From: Escherichia phage 04086
Length of the DNA: 64,000 nt
Sequence record: OR842557
Strand: one strand, 5' to 3'
This document shows, one piece after another, positions 12,448-24,187 of the stretch. Position 1 is the first letter of the stretch; every line of letters begins with the position of its first letter. The position numbers and the translations under genes were made by a program. The notes beneath the pieces were generated by a model. The model was not told where the DNA came from and did no database searches. It saw only the letters and a program-made list of their open reading frames with translations.

Positions 12448-14258
12448 TACGCAATCCTCACCCAGCGATAAACGGTTGTATATGGAGGCAAAGTGCCAAT
12501 AGGAATAGGCGTTGTAGATTGCTGTTTGTTTATCGTAGCTTTATCTTCACGATATTTTGTATAAGCCGGGCCTTGGGCATCCGGGTCTACCAAACATCCG
12601 CCAATAACAATAGGGCCGTTATCATCGGCAACTAATACCTTGTCGTCTGTATTAAGTTCAGGAACGTTTTCATATTTAATGGAAATATTATGAGAACCAC
12701 CCGTACCACCTGCAGTAGATTTAGGAGCACCACCAGAATCTAAATCATTATTGTTTGCATTGAACAACGAGTCAGCATCCGGAGACCAACCTACAAGGAA
12801 ACTATCAGACAGACGTTTCCAACTACCCATACCCATATAAGTTGCAGGGTTATTAGGGTTCACGGTGTTCTCATAAATCGTTCCAATAGGGTGGAACAAA
12901 TCAAACATCACTGCTGCCGTATTAATAGAAACTTCAGATTCTGCTACAGGTTCAAAGTTAGGAGAAAATGGATTATCCACATCAGTAATACGAACCTGAC
13001 CGGTTAAAGATACTGAAGGACCTTGAGAAATATAGATATCATTTGTGGTATCTAAAATCTCATCAATAGTCATAGTGGTACCAATATCATTGTTATACCA
13101 AATTACAGTAAGGATATCACCATGTTCCAGTTTACGTCCAAATTCAAATGACTCGATTTTATCGTCATCTGCAATATTCAAAATATAATCGGATTTAGAT
13201 TGGGTCCATACACCACCTGAATCTGCACAAAGGCCTGCATCATCCGTATCAACACCTTCACAATAGAAAGCAGGGAATCCGGCAGTACCAGCTTGATGCA
13301 ATAAAGTACTATTAAGCATTACCTGACAAGCATTAGGGTTAATAGGGCTTGTAGGAGAAACATTTAATTCTGCTGATGTAATAGTCTGTACGGTAGAAAG
13401 GTCTAATACTACTTTAGAACCGTTAACTGTGGTTTCATGGGTAAGGGTCGTATCTAAAATAGTAATATCGCGACGATTATAAGAACTGCGCCATTGAGCC
13501 AATCCATCGTTATACGATTTAATAATTACCGTATCGCCAGCTTCACAAGGATATTTCAAACGGATATCTTTACCGTTCAATTCAACCAATTCGCCTGGGT
13601 TTGCACCTGGGCTACCAAACTCAGAAGTGGCTTCATCAAATATATCATCCACACCGTAGAACAAGTTGTTACCACGTTGGATAACGCTAAGACTTGAAAT
13701 ATTATAGGTTAGACCTGGGAAAATATCCAAGAAATCGGTTTGACCTTCGGTGGCAATAAACTGTTTAGTTGCTACAGTAGCGAGGTCGTTATTTGGAATA
13801 CGGTTAACTTGTTTGTTCTCAACATATTCCCAACGTCCTGGGGCACAGTAAACAAGTTCAAGGTCAGCAAAATTACGAGCTATTTCAACCTGTACAGCGG
13901 AACCTTTAATTGTATCGCCTGGGGCCGGTATAATAGTCACAGGGTTAGCTTGCCAAGAGGAATAAACGTCACGTAAACGAATTACAAAGTTATATTCTGA
14001 TGGGGTGCCTTTAGGAAGTTGAACGTTAATCCTTCCACCTTGAGTATTCAATGTATAGCTATGACCCATAACAGCATTAAGTAAAGGACCATCTGCAGTA
14101 GAATATTGTTTCCAGGCACCAGCAGCGTGTGGATTATCTCCATCACCTAATTGATAATATAACTCATTAAAGTTATTATTGATTTTTAGACCACCTGCTC
14201 GCAGGTAATCTCCGGAGCCATCGTCAACGGCCTGGCCGATTTTTAATTCTTGTTTCAT
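12447..14258 (-). CDS. 10: baseplate wedge protein gp10
   Basis: 603 aa (T4 gp10 602 aa); synteny. Confidence 0.85.
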   Translation of the reverse strand: MKQELKIGQAVDDGSGDYLRAGGLKINNNFNELYYQLGDGDNPHAAGAWKQYSTADGPLLNAVMGHSYTLNTQGGRINVQLPKGTPSEYNFVIRLRDVYSSWQANPVTIIPAPGDTIKGSAVQVEIARNFADLELVYCAPGRWEYVENKQVNRIPNNDLATVATKQFIATEGQTDFLDIFPGLTYNISSLSVIQRGNNLFYGVDDIFDEATSEFGSPGANPGELVELNGKDIRLKYPCEAGDTVIIKSYNDGLAQWRSSYNRRDITILDTTLTHETTVNGSKVVLDLSTVQTITSAELNVSPTSPINPNACQVMLNSTLLHQAGTAGFPAFYCEGVDTDDAGLCADSGGVWTQSKSDYILNIADDDKIESFEFGRKLEHGDILTVIWYNNDIGTTMTIDEILDTTNDIYISQGPSVSLTGQVRITDVDNPFSPNFEPVAESEVSINTAAVMFDLFHPIGTIYENTVNPNNPATYMGMGSWKRLSDSFLVGWSPDADSLFNANNNDLDSGGAPKSTAGGTGGSHNISIKYENVPELNTDDKVLVADDNGPIVIGGCLVDPDAQGPAYTKYREDKATINKQQSTTPIPIGTLPPYTTVYRWVRIA

Positions 14259-15118
14259 TATACTGGGACTCCAATAGTTTGGGTATCTACGACTTTAATT
14301 GCTAATCTCATAGGGGTTTCAGATGATGCCGTAGCCACTATATAGTTGGATGTATCAAATTTAAAATCGAGATTGTAAATTTCGTCTTCATCAGTGGCTT
14401 GTCCACGACGGATAACAGCATATTCCGTGGAATATATTTTTTTAGCTTGGTTATCCATAAACAAAAGATATTCAGAAGCTTTATAAACAGTCTCATTGGC
14501 ATTTACTGCCGTAACCAAAAGCTTAACTAAAGAATATTGACCTGAATAAACCACCTGGACATCTCTAGGTACGTTGGAAATATTATATGTTCTATTTAAT
14601 GGTACTCGTTTGTCACCAAACATGCTCTCAATAGAATAATCCCATACAGCTACACCGTTTATATCGCTTACACACCATAAAAGAACTCGAGTATAAGGAG
14701 TTACTATTCTTAAGGCTGATGTAGGATGGTTCAAAAACGAATCCAATATACGGATTTCAAGATAGTTAGTAGCTGAAATACTTCCATTAGAGTTAATTAT
14801 TTCAATACCTTCACCTACAGCTCCTTTTACGGTTGTTAAAACTATAGAACCGGTAGAAGCATCGACATCCACCAAAGAGCCAAGGTCAACAGAACCTGCT
14901 TGGTCGGTATCGCCGAATTTTTGATAGTATCCAGTGGCATGTAATTTTTGACCGGTAGTTTCGCCTGTAAGGGCTGCTTTACGTTGGTCACCAAAAGTAT
15001 TATAGATGTTGTTTAAGTCGGTGTTCAGTTTAACACCACCGTCATATAAGATGTCGCCGGTGCTGGCATTACCAATCTCACCGACGTCAATTAGTAACTT
15101 ACCAGTTTGCTTAATCAT
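14258..15118 (-). CDS. 9: baseplate wedge / long tail fibre attachment protein gp9
   Basis: 286 aa; MIKQTGKLLIDVGEIGNASTGDILYDGG matches the T4 gp9 N-terminus. Confidence 0.9.
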   Translation of the reverse strand: MIKQTGKLLIDVGEIGNASTGDILYDGGVKLNTDLNNIYNTFGDQRKAALTGETTGQKLHATGYYQKFGDTDQAGSVDLGSLVDVDASTGSIVLTTVKGAVGEGIEIINSNGSISATNYLEIRILDSFLNHPTSALRIVTPYTRVLLWCVSDINGVAVWDYSIESMFGDKRVPLNRTYNISNVPRDVQVVYSGQYSLVKLLVTAVNANETVYKASEYLLFMDNQAKKIYSTEYAVIRRGQATDEDEIYNLDFKFDTSNYIVATASSETPMRLAIKVVDTQTIGVPV

Positions 15119-15144
15119 AGGTATGCCTCATTATTGATATAATG

Positions 15145-15152
15145 TATTTATA
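15145..15152 (-). promoter_or_regulatory. T4-type late promoter (TATAAATA) upstream of gene 9
   Basis: Exact TATAAATA on the minus strand about 27 nt upstream of the gp9 ATG; a GC hairpin (gggccttgcggccc) lies just upstream. Confidence 0.55.
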
Positions 15153-15178
15153 CCCCCGAAAGGGCCTTGCGGCCCTTA

Positions 15179-16186
15179 TTAGAATTCGAAGATAATGTTA
15201 ATTTCTTCTGTTTGGTCCATGGAACGAATAACCGGAGGACGGTTTTCCATATAAATCATTTCACCTGAATGGCGGGAGAGGTCTATAACATCATAGTACT
15301 CTTTTTCAGCTTTAATGATTGGATCGGATGGGTGAGCTTTAGCTTCTAACGGGTTAGAAATTATCGAAAGCTGTCTAAACCCTTTGTTACCAGGCAGACT
15401 AAATTCAGGGAAGTAAACTGAATCTAAGAATGCTTTAAAACGAATAGTATTGGCTTTAATACGATAAATTAGACCATAATCATCTTGCTGCCAAGTTAGG
15501 TTATTCTCGTATCCCCAACGTTCAGGGTCTTCAGCAATTTCTTCTGGCCATGGAACCACAATATATTCATTAGTGCAACGGTTGATACTTACATCAGGTG
15601 GAATCTCATAAAGGTATTCCCATAGATATCCATCACCTGTATCAACCATACCTTCCGTATCACCTTGTCCTGCAGGAGCTTTAACAGAAGGAACGTTAGC
15701 GGTCCATTTACCACCAAGTTTAATACACTCGGTTTTATTATCAAGAGATAAAATAGAACATGCTCCTGATTCAGGCACGTCTACACAACGATAAACCATC
15801 CAACCTGCACCAACATCAGTACGGTTTTGAGGTTGACTGTTAGCCACTACAATTTCACCAATTTGGAAAGTGAAAGGATTAGGATAAGAGGTATCGCCCC
15901 AGTCTTTGCGAGGAACAACACAATCCAACATGCTCTTATAAACCTTAACACAACCCATCATGTTTGTCCAGACGTCTTCTACGCCCTCAGAATCATCTAC
16001 AGGATAAGGTGGAGCAAAGCCTGGGTCGTTTTCGTTAGGAGCCCATGGTTGGGCTCTCCCGAAAGATACATACATCGTGTTCTGGTCTTCACCATCACCA
16101 ATTGTTCTGTAAAAGTTGTACATCTTTTCCGTTCTAAATTTAGAAGTAACAATAGAACGGTATATTACTGTTGAATTAATCATCAA
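15179..16186 (-). CDS. 8: baseplate wedge protein gp8
   Basis: 335 aa; ...VIYRSIVTSKFRTEKM...RCTNEYIVVPWPEE...HSGEMIYMENRPP matches T4 gp8. Confidence 0.9.
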   Translation of the reverse strand: MMINSTVIYRSIVTSKFRTEKMYNFYRTIGDGEDQNTMYVSFGRAQPWAPNENDPGFAPPYPVDDSEGVEDVWTNMMGCVKVYKSMLDCVVPRKDWGDTSYPNPFTFQIGEIVVANSQPQNRTDVGAGWMVYRCVDVPESGACSILSLDNKTECIKLGGKWTANVPSVKAPAGQGDTEGMVDTGDGYLWEYLYEIPPDVSINRCTNEYIVVPWPEEIAEDPERWGYENNLTWQQDDYGLIYRIKANTIRFKAFLDSVYFPEFSLPGNKGFRQLSIISNPLEAKAHPSDPIIKAEKEYYDVIDLSRHSGEMIYMENRPPVIRSMDQTEEINIIFEF

Positions 16187-19100
16187 TTTTTACCTGAGTT
16201 GGGTCTTGCGGGTCTCTAGGGTTTCCAATATCAGCTTTAAGTCTGTCATCAACTAAAGCACGCCATTTTGAAAATGTTACTGCACTTTGGTCAAATAAAG
16301 GACTATGCTTTTTAATACGTTCATGAGGTAATTGACCTTGGAATACAGAGAAATCATTTTCTGCATCATAATCAACAGGAATAGGGAACGGTTCGCCTGC
16401 TTTAGGCCCAACGTTATAAACCGGAAGTCCTGTTCTAGGGTCTCTTTCTATATTACCATCAAATCCGATTACAGCAACTCTATCGTACCACTCGGACGGA
16501 AGACCTGAGTCCCACTTATAGTTCTTAAGTATATTAATAATGGTTTCCGTGTGCTTTAATGTCAATCCGACGTTAACAAACATAGAAAGCAACGTAATCC
16601 CTATAAAACCAAATCCTACAGGATGGACAAATCTCAACACGTCATTACGATATCGAGAAGTAGGGAGGTTGGATTTAATAGTCATAACATAATAAGAACG
16701 GTTACGGTTAATATAATCGATATTGTTACTTAACAATTCTTTACCGCGTACACCCTGCACTATCATACCTTTAAATGAGGTGCGTTCAGATTTAATCTCT
16801 TGTCCAACTATAAAACGGCCTAAAAGATTGTGAATGGTTAAACGCCATTGCAATTTACCTTCTTTGTAATTTCGTTCTATATAAGTAACATTACTTCTTC
16901 CTGTAGGGGTATAAATCGTTTGGCCTACGATATCTTCACTGATATTGTCGGATTCTACGATGATATCATATTCAATCGAGTTCTTGGACTCGATGTCAAT
17001 TTCAACATCTTCGTTATAAAGCAATTTAAACAGGAATTTATATGAAGCTTCAGTACCTTTTGTAGACCAGAAATCTGATTGTCTTGCTTGGAAGAAACGA
17101 ACTACTTCGTCGCGTTTTTCTTTAGACAAATAGATATTGCGTTTATAGATTTCAGACCATAAGTATTCCCAGGCATCTTCTTCTCTAGGATATTGGTTAC
17201 GAATAAGATTTAATAGATTATTATAATGGGTGCCGGAGCCATCACTAATAAACTGGAGATAATATTCGCAGAATTTTTCAAAGTTGGAATCTTGAAGCAA
17301 ATAACTATCAGGAACCATTTTAACCAATAAAGGACGCAAATCAGGGTCTTGTTCACCGGTTTCCTCTTTAGGGGTCCATGGAATTTCATGCTCTTGGTTT
17401 TGGAGTTCAGCCGTAAACATTATTTCTTTAGGCTTCCAAATTATTCTAACTTCATCTCGAACTCGGTAGTCGAACTCGAAATATCCAACCAATTCACCCG
17501 ATGATTTGTGAATCATTATACCTGAAGAGTATTTTTTAAATCCATTGAATTCGATGTTAGGACATGTTACAGTACAAAAGCCTTTATCCCAAATTTCACG
17601 AATAATACGTTCAGGAGAAGAACCGCTGTTTAAATCAATAATTTTCTGGTATAAGGCGTCATTATAAACAACCATTGCATGATTACTTGTGGTAATCCAA
17701 GAACGGGTCCCATCGCGTCTAGACCAACTAAAGAAAGGTTCAGCATAATAAGCCATTCGTCCAGGTTTGAATTCTTTAAAATCTGATTTACTGTTAGCTC
17801 TAAAGCTCATCATCAGATAATGTTTATCGTGAATCCACTGTTCATCCTTAACATATTTTACCGCTGAGGCCACAATAGGGTATTCCAAAGGTAATTCGTT
17901 ATCAACTTCTACTTCATATTTGAAGTTACTTGAGCTAAAGAATATTTCTTCGCCATCGGTAGACATGCTAGTATACCCATGCTCAATACGACGTCTCTCT
18001 TCTTCAGTATTACCAAATACTCGGGTCCATGTATCAGTTTCTACATCCAACCAATAAACACCTTTAGATTCAGAATCAACCACGTTTTCTTCTTTAGTAG
18101 GGTCCATTCTTTCTTCTTTAACTTCACCCGTAATTAAGGCAAAGGTATTTCCTTGGATAGAATCCAATTTATAACAAACTGCTTTAGGGTTGCCGGTTAT
18201 AGTCGAATATCCGCTTTCAAATATTTTTTCACCGTAAGTAGGAGAGCCTGGGTCGGTATCAATAGGGGCATCAGTAGTTTTTGCTTTGTAAACTCTGTCT
18301 CGGGCTGCAACGTAAATAAAATCATCCGAAGCACACATAGCTTCTGCGATAGTAGAAATAGCTAATGGTAAACGGGCATAAGAACCGAAAATTTCGATTT
18401 CGAAGTCCAGGTCGATATCACTACCAATTTTGGCAAATGTCACGTCTTGTGAGCTAAAACGTACATCATCGGCAGACCAACGAATATCACTTGATTTACG
18501 TCCGTAAAATATGCGGTCGTATCCTAAAATATAAGTTGTTGTGTCTGTTTGATAATGAGCCGTACGTGAAACCGGATTACCTACTCTATCATTAAACAAA
18601 CGGATATAATGCCAGTTCTGGGCCTTATCGTTAGATACCTTAGCGGTGTTCTGGAATCTTTCTAAAAGGTAAAGTACACCACCAAGCTCCATTAAAATAG
18701 AACGATTAGGGTCTTTACAAACGGCTTGGATACTTCCTTGAATCTCGTGGAAGCGGTCGGCCTTTAATACATAATTAGAAATTGAAGAAAGGTGTGAATA
18801 TGCCGGAGTCCAAGTAAAATCTTCGGACATCATAGAAGCCATAATGGCATCACTATTAAAATCTACGTAACTCTGGTTATTTTTGGTAAATTTTTCTTCA
18901 ATGAATTTATTGGATAAAGTGAATTCGCGCATATGCTCGAAGGTATACGCGTTAGTAGAAAATGTCTCGAATTCTTCTGTATAAACCCATTCAGATTGTT
19001 CAAATCCTTGAGCAGCTACAGCGACACGCATTTTATAAAACGAATTAGGAGAAATAAATCTTTCTTCGAACCAGTTATTGTTCGGGGTGTAACCTAAATT

Positions 19101-19268
19101 TCTCCAAAATAACTTATCATCGGGTATAGATTCACCCGCATCCTTGGTTTGGGCCAGTTCTACGAAATAATAGAAATTGGCGCCTACGTCATCCCAAAGA
19201 ATACTTACATGGTTAGCCGAGAGTTTATCAATTCTCAAACTAGTAACGGAAGGCGCTTGCACAGACAT
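16176..19268 (-). CDS. 7: baseplate wedge protein gp7
   Basis: 1030 aa (T4 gp7 1032 aa); synteny. Confidence 0.9.
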   Translation of the reverse strand: MSVQAPSVTSLRIDKLSANHVSILWDDVGANFYYFVELAQTKDAGESIPDDKLFWRNLGYTPNNNWFEERFISPNSFYKMRVAVAAQGFEQSEWVYTEEFETFSTNAYTFEHMREFTLSNKFIEEKFTKNNQSYVDFNSDAIMASMMSEDFTWTPAYSHLSSISNYVLKADRFHEIQGSIQAVCKDPNRSILMELGGVLYLLERFQNTAKVSNDKAQNWHYIRLFNDRVGNPVSRTAHYQTDTTTYILGYDRIFYGRKSSDIRWSADDVRFSSQDVTFAKIGSDIDLDFEIEIFGSYARLPLAISTIAEAMCASDDFIYVAARDRVYKAKTTDAPIDTDPGSPTYGEKIFESGYSTITGNPKAVCYKLDSIQGNTFALITGEVKEERMDPTKEENVVDSESKGVYWLDVETDTWTRVFGNTEEERRRIEHGYTSMSTDGEEIFFSSSNFKYEVEVDNELPLEYPIVASAVKYVKDEQWIHDKHYLMMSFRANSKSDFKEFKPGRMAYYAEPFFSWSRRDGTRSWITTSNHAMVVYNDALYQKIIDLNSGSSPERIIREIWDKGFCTVTCPNIEFNGFKKYSSGIMIHKSSGELVGYFEFDYRVRDEVRIIWKPKEIMFTAELQNQEHEIPWTPKEETGEQDPDLRPLLVKMVPDSYLLQDSNFEKFCEYYLQFISDGSGTHYNNLLNLIRNQYPREEDAWEYLWSEIYKRNIYLSKEKRDEVVRFFQARQSDFWSTKGTEASYKFLFKLLYNEDVEIDIESKNSIEYDIIVESDNISEDIVGQTIYTPTGRSNVTYIERNYKEGKLQWRLTIHNLLGRFIVGQEIKSERTSFKGMIVQGVRGKELLSNNIDYINRNRSYYVMTIKSNLPTSRYRNDVLRFVHPVGFGFIGITLLSMFVNVGLTLKHTETIINILKNYKWDSGLPSEWYDRVAVIGFDGNIERDPRTGLPVYNVGPKAGEPFPIPVDYDAENDFSVFQGQLPHERIKKHSPLFDQSAVTFSKWRALVDDRLKADIGNPRDPQDPTQVKIDD

Positions 19269-19296
19269 TAAATCTCCTCAAAGCCTCCTAAGAGGC

Positions 19297-21312
19297 TTAT
19301 ATTGTAATAGGTTCTAATTCAATGGTCGTGTATTGAGGGCGGAGGTCATCTTCAAATACGATTAACGAACCGTCTTTTGTAAAGATGTTGTCTTGGTCAG
19401 GTCCCGCATAAAGTTCTATAGATTGAACTTCAAAACGATCGGACGTCAAACCGATAGCCGCAATGTCCCAGAAAATGAAATCTGAATAATAATCAATTTC
19501 ACCTATAACGTAATAAACGGATTGGTCTGCAGGAGCAGGCATTTTATCAAAGTCATTTCCTGTATATGGTTTAATATATTGGTTTTCAATTACATCTCCT
19601 GGACGGAAAGGACCAATAACCATTTTACCATCACCACGTTCGTCTTTATCTGTAGCTGCAATTCTGACATTATATGCCGGACTGTCTTCAGAAACGATAG
19701 TAGGGACAAACTCAAATTCACTAGAAACCACAGAACGGTTAGTGTATTGATTATAGTATTTAATACCTGATTCAGGGGTTTTGAAAAAGTTCAATACCTC
19801 ACGAACCATTGTTATGGTAGCAGAGGAGCCTAAAATACTATGGTCAGCATTATCAATATAAGTCAGCATTTTTGACTTGGCGAATCCATGGTTAAAAATT
19901 TCTACTTCGTTAATATAATAACGGTCTATCTGAGAAAGAATTTGGGCCGATAACCACTGTTCAGATTCCTGTAATTTATTCAAGGCATATGATACCTTAA
20001 TTTTATGCTTTAAGAACAAATAATCAGGAGAAATAACAGAAGCGGTAATAGGGGCTAAGTTAAATTCTTTTAGATAGCCTTGGATATCTTCACGTTGGAC
20101 TGCCGTCAAATATAGCCCTGATTTAGGTTTAATGGTGACAAAAGCATAACCAGGTTTATTTGGGTCTGTAAAGGTTTGTACTGCTTGTACAATAGAACCA
20201 AAACGCTCGGACACGAATGTATCGTAGTCGGTTCCTGTTACAGCACGCATCTGGGCTTCACGCTTAACTACAGCCAATTCGCGGATTCGTTCGATATCTT
20301 CAGGGTCACCACCACCATCAGCACCCACATAATCAGGGTCATCGTTATAGTTTTCAGTAATTTTTTCTACAGTAATATAAGCCAAGGAGTCAGCATAACT
20401 GAAGTCAACTGCGCCGTTTGCAACTTCACCGTCTGTACGAAGGTATTCTATAACAATGGTAGAATCTTTAACAGGTTTTAGACCGCCGATATAATTAGCT
20501 TCTAATACTCCACCCGCAACAGATTTCTCGGCTTCACCTTCACCAAAGAAGAATTCGGTATTACCATCTACGGTTTCGCGCATATAGTAAATTGTCGAGG
20601 TGCTACCAGCGTGAACCATTGATTTATCGGTCCAGTTAATCCATTCCGCGCCATCAACATAAAGTTTAACTTCTTGTCTATCAATATCCGGGTCACGAAT
20701 AAGAATAGGAGTTTTAGGGTCGTATTTAAGTTCGGTACGGATAATACGTCCTTGGGCCAGAGAAACAATAGGCCAATACTGGTTATTAACGTCACGAACT
20801 GCAATAACGTTATCAGTGGTCACAAAAGAATATGGATCGGCGGATGTATCACGGGCATAAGCCAGGAATTTAGTACCTCTTGGAATACGAATATTCTTTT
20901 CATTAAGGGCTTGAGTACACGTAAGCATTACGGTGGTTTTTGCCGCGGATTTGGAACTAGGAAGATATCCATTATCTTGTGCAGCCTGGACAACCGAAGA
21001 ACGAAGGTTTGCTGTTCCTATAAAAGATTCGTATAAAGCAGTGTTAGCAAATTGCTGCATATAAAGGGTATTATAAGCAAGCATATCAATAAGGATATTC
21101 ATTCGAGAACCAACGAAATCATAATCCTTAAATTCGTCCTGGCTAGAAAGCCAGTCTATAATATTCTTTTTAATTTCTTCAAACGTAGCTCCCACAAATA
21201 CTTTTGGGATAGCGTTAACGGTTCTTGTTAATTGGTAATTCGTAGGAGTAGCCATTTTAATTCCTATTTTATGAATACTTTGGATGAGGCTTGTGCGACT
21301 GTATCTCCGCAT
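19297..21312 (-). CDS. 6: baseplate wedge protein gp6
   Basis: 671 aa; ...[14 protein letters not shown]...[32 protein letters not shown] matches T4 gp6. Confidence 0.9.
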   Translation of the reverse strand: MRRYSRTSLIQSIHKIGIKMATPTNYQLTRTVNAIPKVFVGATFEEIKKNIIDWLSSQDEFKDYDFVGSRMNILIDMLAYNTLYMQQFANTALYESFIGTANLRSSVVQAAQDNGYLPSSKSAAKTTVMLTCTQALNEKNIRIPRGTKFLAYARDTSADPYSFVTTDNVIAVRDVNNQYWPIVSLAQGRIIRTELKYDPKTPILIRDPDIDRQEVKLYVDGAEWINWTDKSMVHAGSTSTIYYMRETVDGNTEFFFGEGEAEKSVAGGVLEANYIGGLKPVKDSTIVIEYLRTDGEVANGAVDFSYADSLAYITVEKITENYNDDPDYVGADGGGDPEDIERIRELAVVKREAQMRAVTGTDYDTFVSERFGSIVQAVQTFTDPNKPGYAFVTIKPKSGLYLTAVQREDIQGYLKEFNLAPITASVISPDYLFLKHKIKVSYALNKLQESEQWLSAQILSQIDRYYINEVEIFNHGFAKSKMLTYIDNADHSILGSSATITMVREVLNFFKTPESGIKYYNQYTNRSVVSSEFEFVPTIVSEDSPAYNVRIAATDKDERGDGKMVIGPFRPGDVIENQYIKPYTGNDFDKMPAPADQSVYYVIGEIDYYSDFIFWDIAAIGLTSDRFEVQSIELYAGPDQDNIFTKDGSLIVFEDDLRPQYTTIELEPITI

Positions 21313-21557
21313 GAAATAGGGTCTGCCATCTGGACAGCCTTTTTGCCTGTAACATATACCTTTGATGTTCTAGGTTGGGTTACCCCACCGTGGGTTTCAT
21401 ATGGTTTTTTAATTTCTGTGTGTTCTGTAATAGGGTCTCCTGCAACTAATACAGGAATACCACCCGTAAATACTTTACCTTGGGTGGCATTTATTACTGT
21501 AGGAGGCCATGCTTCATGACCTGCCGTTACACATTGGTTATAACTTAAGCCTGACAT
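21264..21557 (-). CDS. 5.4: baseplate spike tip protein gp5.4 (PAAR-like)
   Basis: 97 aa, same size and position as T4 gp5.4. Confidence 0.75.
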   Translation of the reverse strand: MSGLSYNQCVTAGHEAWPPTVINATQGKVFTGGIPVLVAGDPITEHTEIKKPYETHGGVTQPRTSKVYVTGKKAVQMADPISCGDTVAQASSKVFIK

Positions 21558-22118
21558 TTATGGCCTCGCATATACGTATTCTCTTAATTGATTTGCCCAT
21601 TTGCTCCAATTACCCACTATAACCTTGGTATAAACCTTAGTAAGGGTTTTTCTTACTGGCGCTGGAGGAGGGTCTGTTTCGTTACCGGCTCTAGAATTAC
21701 TACCTCCTGAGTTCCCTGTGTCACCTCCTGATGACTCTTCTTGAAAGTCATAGATTAATGTGACCATATAAGAAAAAGTCTTCTGGAGATTGCTAGGGGC
21801 TTTCCAGAGGTATAATTGAGTGCTATTGTCCTCTGGTAAATCTTTCCATGAGCCTGCAGTTTTAAATTCATCTCCTAATCGGTATTTTAATGCATCCTCA
21901 GAGAATCCAAATACCGATTCGTATGTTCCATATAAATGAGCTCCATCGACAATAATGCCTTCTGTAGGCTCATATTCTGATATATTTATTTCAACTAATG
22001 TTTCGTTTGTTTCTAATTGAGCGGTAAACGTAACATCGATTGAGCTTCCTTCCATGGAATCTCCTAAATCAGTGCTCATTGGTAGGATATTAGCCAATGT
22101 CAATCCTCGAACCATCAA
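21558..22118 (-). CDS. 5.1: gp5.1-like conserved protein
   Basis: 186-aa ORF directly downstream of gp5; true start may be an internal Met (about 22079), which would avoid overlap with gp5. Confidence 0.55.
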   Translation of the reverse strand: MMVRGLTLANILPMSTDLGDSMEGSSIDVTFTAQLETNETLVEINISEYEPTEGIIVDGAHLYGTYESVFGFSEDALKYRLGDEFKTAGSWKDLPEDNSTQLYLWKAPSNLQKTFSYMVTLIYDFQEESSGGDTGNSGGSNSRAGNETDPPPAPVRKTLTKVYTKVIVGNWSKWANQLREYVYARP

Positions 22119-24187
22119 TAGTGTATTGACCGGATGCGATAGAACTCATAGTCGACATAGTTTCAGACCAATTGCCTGCAACAGTCATATCAACGTTTCC
22201 ATTTACCGACCATTTAACGTTTCCATTTACTGTATAGTCATGGTTGCCTTCAACTAATGTTTTTGCATCACCCTCAACAGTTATATCCGCATTGCCCTCA
22301 ACAAGAATTGTGACGTTTCCTTTAACAATAAGGGTTCCATCACCTTCTACTGTTTTGATTTCATTACCACGAATATGAATGCTTTCGGACCCATCAGTTT
22401 GACGGCGCACGTTTGCCATATTATAATAGGTTTCATCACCGCCTATGTTGACTTTATTATTACCACCAACATAAGTATTAGAATCGCCTTGGGTCATATA
22501 ATACCCATCGGCTACCGTCTTAGAAGTTTTACGTCCGTCAGGAGCAACTTCTTCATAACTACCGGTTGGATGGATTAAACGATAACGTTCTTGCCCTGGG
22601 GTATTATCGAATTCTTGAACATGTCCACCTTCGGTTTGCATTGTCTGCACATAAGGATATTCGCCTTTGTAACTTGATTCTGGCTCTTTAAAAAGAATCC
22701 TTGTGTCTTCTGGAGTCCACGGATCGGCAGGGTCTGAATTTTTAGGGGCTGCAAAGGTTTGAATCATTCTATACGAACGCCCTTTAAATGACCTTTCTTT
22801 AGGGGCCANATCGAATTCTTGGATATGCCCGCCTTCAGTTTGCATGGTTTGGACATATGGATATTCGCCTTTATAACTAGAATCAGGTTCTTTAAAAAGA
22901 ATCCTTGTGTCTTCTGGAGTCCACGGGTCGGCAGGGTCTGAATTTTTAGGGGCTGCAAAGGTTTGAATCATTCTATACGAACGCCCTTTAAATGACCTTT
23001 CTTTAGGGGCCATAATACCGTATGATTCCATGTTACCTGTAAGGATAATCATTGATACCCTTGATGCACNTCCACGGATCGGCAGGGTCTGAATTTTTAG
23101 GGGCTGCAAAGGTTTGAATCATTCTATACGAACGCCCTTTAAATGACCTTTCTTTAGGGGCCATAATACCGTATGATTCCATGTTACCTGTAAGGATAAT
23201 CATTGATACCCTTGATGCACGACCTTTAGTTTGGTTAAACCACACAGAATCACGAGCGGCATCAAATGCTTTCTTATAATCTCCGGCTAACATTGCAGCG
23301 AGCATGGTTCTAAATTTAGCCAGTCCACCCAATCCCATTTGGAAAGCCATGTTTTCAAGAGCCATTTGTCTTGAACGGTTTTCTTTATTGTAAACAGGAC
23401 CTACAACACTATGTCGACCTATATCACTTTGGACTTTTTTAAGGTCTTCTTGGAATAATTTAGAAGCCTCATCCATTGATATTGCACCAGGGTTACCTTT
23501 AACTTCTCGACCTATTTGTTTAGACAATATTTTGTTTATTTGGTTCATATCTCTAATAGGTTGTGGCGTAATAAGGTGACCTATACCTATAGTAGGGTAT
23601 CCTTCGGTGTCCCAATATACCTTCAGTCTAAGCCCTTCATCACGGTGAAGCATGTTTTCTATTGTGAAATTAGGATTATCGTCGGGTTTGACTTGACTTA
23701 AATCTAAACCATCAGGATTAATACCTACATCAGTGTTTGCATCTTGTATTACGTTAGAAGTGGCATCATATCCAACTTCACCACCTCGGTTTAGTGCAGC
23801 AGCATCGTTACCTAAATAAAGTGGATATTGACCTGTTGGGTCACTAAAGCCTTCATTAGGATTTGCTTTTTGTTTTGAAGCAGAACCGTATGTACCTAGG
23901 ACAAGTCCGTTTAATTTCCACTTATCAAGAAAGTGGCCATAAACTTGTGTACCTGGGACCATACCTGTCATAGCGGTTTGTATACCTGAAACAGAGGCCG
24001 AAGATGTAGGCATTAATACCGACATCCATGGTAAATCTTCTGTACGAAGACCTTTTACAGGGCCCTGTACTTTTTCATAGGGATGCATACCCCATACGCG
24101 CACGCGTACTCGGCCTTGTTTGAGCGGGTCCATTCGGTCTTCAACTACACCGACGAACCAACTTACATTATCAGACATGTTAATCAT
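22090..24187 (-). CDS. 5: baseplate hub / tail lysozyme gp5 (reading frame broken by an assembly-artifact block at 22809-23163)
   Basis: ORFs 23033-24187 and 22090-23109 together give the gp5 lysozyme domain and the C-terminal beta-helix (...VEGNADITVEGDAKTLVEGN...SGQYTIDGSRIDIG). Removing 22809-23163 gives about 580 aa (T4 gp5 is 575 aa). Confidence 0.85.
22809..23163. repeat. N-flanked duplicated block (assembly artifact; variant copy of a gp5 segment)
   Basis: N at 22809 and 23070; 23071-23163 repeats 22716-22808 exactly; 22810-23069 is a variant copy with a few substitutions. Confidence 0.75.

Noticed and set aside
22090-24187. gp5 and gp18 appearing as two ORFs each, which could be read as pseudogenes or programmed frameshifts
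   Set aside because: The breaks coincide exactly with N-flanked duplicated blocks; removing the blocks restores full-length T4-sized proteins, so the genes are intact.
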